Positions 29,179 to 39,375 of a DNA stretch of 41,683 bases are shown here, piece by piece (positions within the stretch are counted from its first letter, which is position 1; every line of letters begins with the position of its first letter). The notes under the pieces are model-generated. The model saw only the letters and a list, made by a program, of their open reading frames with translations. It did no database searches and was not told the DNA's origin. This DNA comes from Rhizaria sp. SCN 62-66 (Eukaryota). The translations under genes and the position numbers were made by a program. The DNA lies in NCBI GenBank assembly GCA_001724265.1, contig MEDY01000272.1, positions 1 through 41,683 of the forward strand, written 5' to 3'.

Positions 29179-32100
29179 ATGTCGTCGACGACGGTGACTT
29201 CAACCTCGTCGGTGGCCAACGACGAAGAGCTCCTTCTCGACACCGAGATGCTCGCTGCCGAGGGCGTCTCGCTCGACGCATCTTCCGCCGCCTTCACGCC
29301 CTACCCGTCCGCCGCAGACATGGCCCGTGCTCGCGCTAATTCAGGCCCTGCGAAACTCATGGCCGACGGCGACGACGCTGACGCAGCAGTCGGCGGTGAC
29401 ATCAGCGATGACGCCGCCGCCCCCGCTGCTGCCCCGCGCAAGGGGGGCGCTGCGAAGACCTCCGCGACTGCGGCCCCTGCCGAGCGCCCGACGGCCGCGA
29501 ACCTGATTGCGCGTCTGGACGCGATGCTGCAGCGATCTGCGCAGTTCCGCGACATCGCCATCGCATCCGCCCTCAAAGATAGCAAGGACAAGGCCGCCGC
29601 GGAGAGCAAGACGAAGCGCGGCGCCAGCGCCAAGAAGGGCGGCGAGCGCGTGCGCATGACCGAGGATGAGGAAGACAAGGCCATGCTCGCGGAGGCCGAG
29701 GCCGAGGCCGCTGGCGCCGCGTCGGCCTCCGTTGGCCGTATCTTAGTTCAACCGAGCATTATCACCGCGACGATGCGTCCCTATCAGCTCGAGGCGCTCA
29801 ACTGGCTGATGCGGCTGCACGACTCGCAGCTCAACGGTATCCTGGCCGACGAAATGGGGCTCGGCAAGACGCTCGAGACCATTTCCCTGCTCGCGTATCT
29901 CCGCGAGTTCCGCGGCATCAACGGCCGTCACATGATCATCGTTCCCAAGAGTACCCTGACCAACTGGACGCGCGAGGTGCGCAAGTGGTGCCCTGCTTTT
30001 TCCGTGCTGGCCTTCCATGGCCCGCGCGAGGACCGCGAGGCGCTTATCCCGCAGCTCGCGGGCGCTGACGTTATTGTCACCACGTACGAGGTCTGCATCA
30101 TCGAGCGCGCCGCGCTGCGTGCTCTGGCGCTCGAGTACATCATCATCGACGAAGCGCACCGTATCAAGAACGAAAACAGCAAGCTCGCGCTTGTGGTGCG
30201 CCAGTTTAAGTCCGCGCACCGTCTGTTGATCACTGGCACGCCGCTGCAGAACAACCTGCACGAGCTCTGGTCGCTGCTCAACTTCCTCAAGCCCGACCTA
30301 TTCTCGTCGCACGCCGACTTCGAGGAGTTCTTCAACCTGTCCGCGGCCAACTCGGACGTCGAGTCGGACGCCATGGTCAAGTCGCTGCACCGCGTGCTCC
30401 GCCCTTTCCTCCTCCGCCGCCTCAAGTCCGAGGTCGCGACGTCGCTGCCGCCCAAGGAGGAGGTGCATTTGCACGTCGGTCTGTCTGCGATGCAGCGCGA
30501 GTACTATACGCGTATTCTGGCGCGTGACATCGACGCGCTCAACGCCAACGCGGCCAACTCGAGCAAAACGCAGCTGCAAAACATTATGATGCAGCTCCGC
30601 AAGGTGTGCAACCACCCGTACTTGTTTGAGGGCGCCGAGCCCGGTCCGCCCTTCATCGAGGGCGAGCACCTCGTTGAGAACTGCGGTAAGATGATCCTGC
30701 TGGATAAGCTGCTCGCGAAGCTTAAACGCGACGGCTCGCGTGTGCTGATCTTCTCGCAGATGACCCGTATGCTCGATATCCTCGAAGACTACTGCAACTA
30801 CCGCGACCTAACTTATTGCCGCATCGACGGATCGACCAAGCAGACGGACCGTGACGACGCTATGGACGCGTTCAACGCGCCAGACTCGGATAAGTTTGTG
30901 TTCCTGCTGTCAACTCACGCCGGTGGCCTAGGTATTAACCTCCAGACCGCCGATACTGTCATTCTCTACGATTCTGACTGGAACCCCCAGATGGACCTTC
31001 AGGTACGCTTAGCTTCAACCTTACATATCTCACTTGTATCACTATCTATATTTACTAACTTCAATTATTATATGAATTAATCGCAGTTATACCTTAGAAT
31101 TACACTTTAGTTTGATTGATTCACGTATCACCAATATGTCTTGCAATTTGTTTCTTAATCTTAGGCGCAAGACCGCGCGCACCGTATCGGTCAGAAGAAG
31201 CAGGTCCGCGTCTTCCGTTTCGTCACCCAGCCCTCCGTAGAGGAGAAGATCGTTGCCCGCGCGACCCGCAAGCTTGCCCTCGACGCACTCATCATCCAGA
31301 AGGGCCGTCTCGCGGAGCAGGAGTCTAAGGGCGCGTCGGCCGCTGAGCTGCAGAACATGGTGCGTTTCGGCGCCGCGTTCATCTTCTCGTCCAAGGACGC
31401 TACTATCACGGACGACGACATCGACACGATCCTCTCCCGCGGCAAGCAGCAGACTGAGGAGCAGGCCGCCAAGCTCAAAGCCACGTCGTCAGACTCCCTC
31501 CTCAACTTCTCTTTCGTCGCCAACGAGGAAGACGGGTTCAAGGTGCAGACCTTCGAGGGCGTCGACTACGCTGCCGCCGCCGCCGCCAACGCCGCCGACT
31601 CCTCTGGCCTTGGCCTCGGCGGCGGCGCTCTGCCGTTCATCGCGCCGCCCCAACGCGAGCGCAAGACCGGCGGCTACGACGTCAACGAGTACTACCGCAC
31701 CGCGCTCAACCCTAACGCCGGTGAAACCAAGGCGCGCGCCGGTCCGCGCGAGTGGCGCCCCGCGCAGCGCCACGACTTCCAGTTCTTCGCCGTCGAGCGG
31801 CTCAACGCACTCGAGAAGCGCCACTTCGTTGCCGACCAGGCGTACAAGGCGGCGCGGATCGAGCGGCTGCGCGCCGTCAAGGAACGCCGCAAGGCCGAGC
31901 TCGACGCCGAGCGCGACGCGCGCAGGGCCAAGGCGCAGGCTGAGCGCGCTGCGGGGCGCGAGGTCGATGACGACGATGACGACGACGAGGATGAGGACGA
32001 AAGTGACATCGACCTCGATGAGGAGGACGAGGACGCTCAGCTGCCCTCTCCCAACGCTGCGTCCTCTAGCGCCGCCAGCGCCGGGAGCGCGTCGAGCTCT

Positions 32101-33417
32101 GCTGCGAGCCCGAGTGCGGCGGGTGGCAAGAAGCGTGCCCTGGAGGCCGAGACTGAGGGCGACGCAGCAGCCGCGACCCAGCCCAAGCCCGCGGCCCCGG
32201 CGGCCCCCACCTCGTCCCATAGTAAGAACGCGACCCGTGCCGCGCTGGGCTCGGTGACGCTGACCGCTGAGGACGAGGAGGAGCTGCGCCGTAACGCCGG
32301 CTGCCTCACTGCAGAGGAAGAGCAAGAGATGCGCACTCTGCAGGCCGAGGGCTTCCCCGACTGGCGCAAGGCCGATACGCAGCACTTCGTCACTGCGTGC
32401 GCGACGTTCGGCCGCCGCGACGTCGCGCGCATCGCCGCCGCCGTCGAGGGCAAGGACCCGGCCGACGTGCGGCGCTATCACGCCGTCTTCTGGCGCCGTG
32501 TCGGCGAGCTCAAGGACGCTGACAGGCTTGTCAAACAGGTCGAGCGCGGTGAGGCGATTGTGCAGCGCCGCAAGGCCATTGAGAAACTGCTTGATCTTAA
32601 GGTCGCGCGGTCGGGCGACCCGGTCACGGCCCTGAAGCTCGACTACCCGAGCAAGCAGACGCTCTACACGGCCGAGGAGGACCGCTTCCTGGTGCTGGCG
32701 ATGCGCCACCAGGGCTTCGGCAACTGGGATGCGATCCGCCGCGACGTGCTTTTGGCACCGCAGCTGCGGTTTGACTGGTTCCTTAAGTCACGGACGACGT
32801 GGGAGCTGGCCAAGCGGTGCGAATTCCTGCTCAAACTGCTCGAGAAGGAGGTCGAGAAGCCCGCCGTCGCGGCCGTCAGCGCCGCGGCCGCCGCTGCCAC
32901 TGCTGGGCCCGGCTCCGCTTCTGCTGCTAAGGGCCGCGGCAACGCCCAGACTGACAGTAAGGTCGACGGCAAGGCTGAGGCGAAGCCGCGCGCTCGTCCT
33001 GCTAAGAAGGACAAGGACGGCGCTGCTCCTGCTGCCGAGAAGAAGGAGAAGGCCTCCACCCCCGCCAAGAAGGACACGACCAAGGACGCTAAGAGCGCCA
33101 AGGATGGCAAGGACAGCAAGACGGCTAAGTCGGCGACGCCGACCAAGAGCAAGACCGCTGCCAAGAAGGGCGGCAAGGCGTCAGCCGAGGCCGAGGACGA
33201 TGAGGGCGAGAGCAGCGGCGTTGAGGTCGTTAGCGACAGCGAGTCCGGCAGCGGCAGCGGCAGCGGCAGCGAGGACGACGAGAGTGGCAGTGATGCTGAC
33301 GAAGATGCCAAGACTCCTGCCAAGGGCGGCCGGGGCAAGGCGGCCTCGCCCGCCGCGGCAGCCAAGGGCGGCAAGAAGGAGAGCAGTCCTGCCGCCAAGA
33401 AGACTTCACGCAAGTAA
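29179..33417 (+). CDS. ISWI: ISWI/SMARCA5-type chromatin-remodelling ATPase; exons 29179-31002 and 31165-33417, 1358 aa
   Basis: GILADEMGLGKT, IIDEAHRIKN, TGTPLQNNLHELW, QLRKVCNHPYLF, FSQMTRMLDILED, DSDWNPQMDLQ|AQDRAHRIGQKKQV; HAND (QRERK, DFQFF), SANT (EGFPDW..FGR..VEGK) and SLIDE (YTAEEDRFL..RFDWFLKSRT) all present. Confidence 0.97.
31003..31164 (+). other. Spliceosomal intron of ISWI (162 nt, AT-rich)
   Basis: CAG|GTACGC donor, TACTAAC at 31053-31059, TTAG acceptor; removal restores motif VI DLQAQDRAHRIGQ exactly. Confidence 0.95.
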
Positions 33418-33440
33418 TGTGTGTGTGTGTGTGTGTGTGT
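33418..33440. repeat. (TG)11 microsatellite immediately after the ISWI stop codon
   Basis: Read directly. Confidence 0.95.
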
Positions 33441-34114
33441 TCAGTCCACTTGAAAAAGTGTCGTGAGCGCAACAACCTCAAAAACGGAGCATGGAATATT
33501 CTTTTCCGTCATTATGAATATGTATCGCTGTCAACAAGTATTTACGTAGTAAGATAAGTTGTTTTAATAAAACTATTGTTCAATATCACTCCAGTACTTT
33601 TAATATGATGCAAATTTTGTTCCAGGTTATGAATTGTACGACAGTGTATAGCTAATTTTGAGAACGCGACACACAAGTTGCGCGCGGGCTGGGTAATGTA
33701 ACGGGGGAGAAGTATAATCGAGGGATATAATCGTGGCAAATCAAACAATGCAGCAGATTGCGGATTCAGAACATGTACACGGATACGACTTCGCAGTTGG
33801 TTTTGGAAACCAAGTGAAGTCGATTGCGATGGTGAGAAAGGCACCAACACACGAGAACGAAAGCGAGATACAGACAGAGAAGCAACACTCAAAAACGTAA
33901 AAAAAGCCGAAGAGGGGCATGGACATGAGATGATCACAGCAGCATACAATCACGCATTGTTGACACAAAAAGAAACAAAACACTTGAAATAGGACTAAAC
34001 ATGACACAAATTTACAGCGGAAGAAGTGATTGATATAAAAAAAATCTTTGTTGAAACGCCATCAAGATGCGGCAGCGGAACCACAAGTTCGAAGTGTCGC
34101 TTACGCGATTTCGC

Positions 34115-37100
34115 TTACGCGACGCTGCCGCCGCGCTCGTGGATGGCGCCGATACACTCGCGGCACACAATGACCTCGCCGACCGGAAGACCCTGTCCGT
34201 AGAGCTGCTGCTGTTGCTTGCTGCCCTCGCCCCAGACGGGCGTCGCATCGGCCGCGGACGTGGAGCCGTCATAGACACCGCGCGCGCGTGGCCCGCGCAG
34301 AGGCGTCATGCCCGCGCGCACGGCGGTGTCGACGAGCGAGCGGTACATCTCGCGCGGCACGCGGCCGATATCGCGCGGCGTGTTAAGCAGCGGGCGCGCG
34401 CACACGAGACACGCGATGCAGGCTTCGTGCAGCGTCATCATGCCGTTGGCGATGGGCGACAGCGGCGACGGCGACGGCGGGACAGACACGCCGGGGCTCG
34501 CGCCGGGCGTAGCCGCGGGGGTCGCGCGCGCCGAGTTAGCCGTCGACGCCGCCGCCGACGCTGAAGTCTTGATCTGCCGCGCCGTTTGACCGACGCCGAT
34601 GGGCTCGCCGCAGGCCGCGCAGGGCACGGCGGTGGCGGCGTCGTAGTGCGCGCGGCACACCGCGCGGCACAGCCCACTCGCGGCGTCGGGTAGTGCGTAC
34701 ACGGCGTCGGCCGCGGGTGAGCTCGCGACGGGGGACAGCGACACGCGGCACACAGCGCAGCGCAGGCACTCAGCGTGGAAGCTGCCGCATTCGGACGTCA
34801 TGACGGATGACTGCGACGTGTAGATGGGCAGCGAACAGCGCACGCAGGAGCCCGTGACGTGGCCATGCGGTGGCGGCATGTGCGTGGACGTGCGCTGCGG
34901 CGCCGGACGCGAGGGCGCAGCCTTCTTAGGACCCGCCCCGGCCACACTCGCAGCATCCGCAGCGGTGGTGGCGGCGGCAGAGGGCGAGGGAATCCCGGCG
35001 GCCACCGAGGCGGCGGGGCCGTCCGGGATACTCGTGCCGAACGACGCCGACGCGGGCGCGCCCCCGAGCCCCGCAGCGTCGGGGACCGAGCCGTACCCCT
35101 CGGGGCCACCGTGCGCGCAGCCTTCGCTGCTGCTGTGGGTGAGCCCCAGTCGACCGAGCCCCGCCCCGGAGGACGGCGACGGCGGCATCAGCAGCCCAGC
35201 CCCCGGCCCCGGCGCGGGCGAGTTTGGGAACACGGACACGCGCGGCACGCCCTTGGGCGTCGGCACCAGCGGCGCGGGCGCGGGCGGCATCGGCGCCAGC
35301 GCGGACGAGGCGGCCGACAGCGGCGCGGGCATAAACGCCGGCGGCTGCGCCAGGTCCGCCGCAGCCGCAGGCGTCGTCGGCGTGCGCGGCGCCGGAGACG
35401 GCGTGCCTGCCGGGCTCAGCACCGACAACGGACGCGGCGGCGGCGGCAGCTGCAGCGAGCCGCCGCCCATCGCCGCGAACGCCGACGCGCGCTGCTGCAC
35501 GTACGACCCCGGCGGCGGCGGCATCGCGCCGGCGCTGGCGTCGCTGAGGCTGTTGTTGCCGCTGCCGTCGGGCGAGACCGCGACGACGGGACCTGCGACG
35601 GCGGACAGCGGGGGCGCCTCGTGCAGCGTCGGCAGCGGCGCCGTGGGCGCGAACGACAGCCGACCGTGTCCGGAGACGCTGGGGCGGGTGCTCACGGGGC
35701 TCTCACTGTTGCTGGGCCGCGCCTTGGGCGACGGCGCGGCGGGCGGGGTGCCGTGGCCGTGGCCGTGGCCGTGGCTGTATCCGTGGCCGTGTGCGGGGAC
35801 CGAGATTCTGCGGTGCAGGGCGTCGCGGGCGAGCGCGGGCGCGACTGTCATGGGCGTCACATCGTCGCCCTCGGAATCGTTGCCTGACTCTGTGGCCGGC
35901 ACCGCGGCCGCGGCTGTGGGTCCCACTGAGAGCGAGCCCACCGCCGAGGGCAGCTGCTTCGACACACGGGGCGTGAACGACACGCGCCGGCTGTCGGGCT
36001 CGCCGGAGTCACCAGCGGCCGTCGCAGCGCCGGACTCGCCCCCCGCGAAGGCCGCGTGCGCGCACTTGCTGTGCATGTTGGGGTGCGTCTTGGACGCCGG
36101 CGCCAGCGCGAGCGGCTCTTCGCACGCCGCGCATCTCGCAGACGCCGGCGCGACAAGGCTGCCGCGCACGGCGCCGCTGGGCGACAGCGCGGCCGACGCG
36201 GCAGCAGACGGCGCGGCAAAGGCGCTGAACGAGCGGCCGCGGTCTGCGTTGGCGTGGCGCGCGCAGTAGAACGCACCTGGTGCAGCGACGCGCGAGAAGA
36301 CGGGCGCGATTGCGGGCCCGTACGCAGCGCCACAGAGCGCGCACACGAGGCACGCGGCGTGGAACGAGCCCACGGTCGGCAAGTCGAGCGCGGAGTCGTC
36401 GTCGGGCGCGATCGCGAGGCTGCAGCGCGCGCACGTGTCGTCGTCGACCGCCGTGGGCGCTCTGGTAGTGTTGCCGGCGAGCGCATGCGAGAGCGCGGTC
36501 TCCGCGGCGGCCCGGTCTGCGGCGAACGCGGCCGCCGTATCTGCGTCGTGGTGCGCGCTGCAGAGGAACACGCTCTCGCCCTCAATCGTCGGGTGGTTTG
36601 CCACGAAGAACGGCATCGGCGGCGCCGCGGCGGTAGACAGCTCGGCCTGGACTTCGGCTTCGAAGCGCGCCGCCGCGGCGGCCGTGACTGGCGCGTAACC
36701 CATGGCGTAGAGCTCGAGCCCCGAGGGCGCGCGGTGGCAGCAGAAGCAGCGCGCGCACTCGGGGTGCGCGGGCGTGCCTGCGTCGTCGCAGTAGAGCGGG
36801 TCCGACACTTGCTCGCCACACACGCAGCACAGATCCGCAGCGGCGGCCACGGCGGCGTCGGCCGCGCAGTACGGCCGCCCGTCGATGGGGAAGTGATCCT
36901 CATCCGGTGACAGTGCGCGGCCGCACGCACCGGCGCACGTGAAACACTCGGCGTGCCAGAAGGCGCCCATAGCGTAGAGCGCCTTGCCGGACAGCGCGGT
37001 GCCACAGCCGGAGCAGTGGCGCGCGAATTGCATGTCGGCCGCGCCGGCGAGCGTGCTGAGACGCGTGATGGTCGACAAAGACGGCAGCGCGGGGGCTTCG

Positions 37101-39340
37101 GCGTCGAATCCGTTCGTTGCGTCAGAGCCTGCCGCAGCGGCGGAGGCGGCGGCGGCGGCGGTATTGGCGCCGTGCGCACCGCCGACGACGTTGACGGTGA
37201 TGCCGTCGTCGTCAGCCTCGCCCTCCGCCCCCGCCTTCGTCGCCCCCGCCGTGGTGGTGGATGCAGCCGCGTCGGTCTCAGTTGCGGCGGCGGCGGTGCG
37301 GGATGCCGCCGGTGACGTGCCGGCGGACGCCGCGGTGGGCGTCGGCGGCAGCGCGAGCGCGCAGGGCCCCGCCGCCGTGGGGGCCGCTGCGACGCGGTGG
37401 TCCTCCACACTGCGGCTGCCGCTGGTGGCTGCGCCAAGCGTCGTGGTGCTCGAGAGGCGGCGCAGACTGAACGTCATGTCTGTGGGACTGCGCGCAGGCC
37501 AGAACACCGCGCCCGCGCCCGCGCTTGTGGACGTATTCGCACCGGAGCCTGCAGCAGCGCCGACGCCGGTGAGATTGACGGTGGCGTCGGCGTCCGAGTC
37601 GCCCTCGCTGGGCAACACCACCGACATCGATGCTACGGCGGCAACGGTCTTAAGCCCGGCCGAGGGCAGAATCTGCGGCAGCGGCGGCGGCGGCGGCACA
37701 GACTCGGACCCCGAGCGCGCGATGCTGCTGTTCTCACGGCTCGCCACAGGGCTGGTCGCGGCAAGGTCGCTCTCGGCGTCCGCGGCATCGGCAGCCGCCG
37801 CGGCGGCAGCGGCGGCGGCAGCGGCGGCATTGGCGTCAAAGGTGATGACACTCGCGCGCTTGGGCTTCGCGGCGGCGGGCGTGGCGGGCAGCGCGCCCTC
37901 GGGGCCATGCGCACCGTCACGTGTTCCGTTGTTGGTGGGCGACGGCGCGGGCGAGTGCATGGGCAGCGCGGGCAGCGCAATGGCAACGCTGCGGCGCATC
38001 GCCCCCGTCGCGCGGTCCGCCTCGGTGCCCGTAGGCGCCGCCAGCGCTGCCATCGCAGCCGCCGCCGATGATGCCGACGACGCCGCTGACCCCGACGACG
38101 CGGATGAGTACGAATGGGGCAAGTGCGCCGTGGAGCCGCGCTTGAACATCGCCCCCGCGCGCGCCTTGGCGTTGCCGGCACCCGCACCGGCCGTGGCGAG
38201 ACTGAAGCTGGCCGCGCCGCGCTCTCCACCGGCGCCGCCCTGCTGCTGGTGCCACGAACGCAGCTTGGACAGCGCGAGCTTGCTGCTGTCGACGTCAAAG
38301 TCGTCGTCGTCGCCAACACCAGCACCGGCGTAGCCAGTGCTCGACTCGTCGTCGCCGCCGACCCAGCGTGCGCCGCCGCTGTCTGCGTGGCTGTCGCTCT
38401 CGTCCTCGTCCTCGGCCTCGCTGTCGCTCGCGTAGGCCAAAGCACGTGCGCGCGCGCGCGCGCGGCCAGAGCCGCTGCCTCCACGACCGCTGCCGCCGCG
38501 CCCGCTGCCGCCGCGGCCGGAACCGCCGTGGACTGACAGCGCGTCGCGCGCGGCGTTGTCATCGCCGTCAACAAGCGCGTTCGGACTCTGCTCAGGCTGC
38601 TGCTGTTGTTGCTGCTGCTGTTGCTTGGCCTGGAGCTCCTGCAGGCGTGACTCATGCATCGAGGCCAGGAAGCGGCCGTCGTCACTCAGCGTGTCGTCGT
38701 CGTTGTCGGCGCCCGCGTCGTCGTCGTAGTCGTAATCATCCGAGTCCGAGTCGAACGTCGTCGCCGTCGCCGCCGCGGCCGCGCCCGCCGCCGCGGCGTC
38801 GTCTTGCGCAGGCGGGGGCGGCGGCGGCGGCGGGAGCCCTCCGAGCGCGGACATGGCCGACAGCGTTGACAGCGTTGACAGCGTCGAGATGGTGGAGCCC
38901 GTCCGCATCGGCCGCGGCGGCGGCGGCGGCGGCGGCGGCACAGAGCTCGCCGTGCTGCCGCGCTGCCCCTGCAGCGCCTTCTGCGCAGCGGTGGCGGGAG
39001 AGCCCGGCGTCACAAGAGACTCCCCGTCTTCCCCCGGCAGCAGTGGCGGCGGCGGCGGGATCGATTCGGCCACACTGCCCCGGAAGCCGCCGCCGCCAGA
39101 GACGGCCGCGGCGGCGGCAGCGGCGGCCTCCGCAACGCCCGCGTACACGGACATGCGCGCCGCACGCAGCGCCGCCGCCGAAGCGCCACCACCACCAATA
39201 CTGGCGCTGGCGCTGGCGGCAAAGGGCGCGGGCTGCGTGCTGGAGCTGACGGTGCTGAACCGCGGCGGCGGCGGCGGCGGCACCGCGCCCCCCAGCGGCT
39301 GTACTTGCGTCGAGGTGGACGAGGCGGCCGAGAACGACGA

Positions 39341-39375
<35 letters not shown>

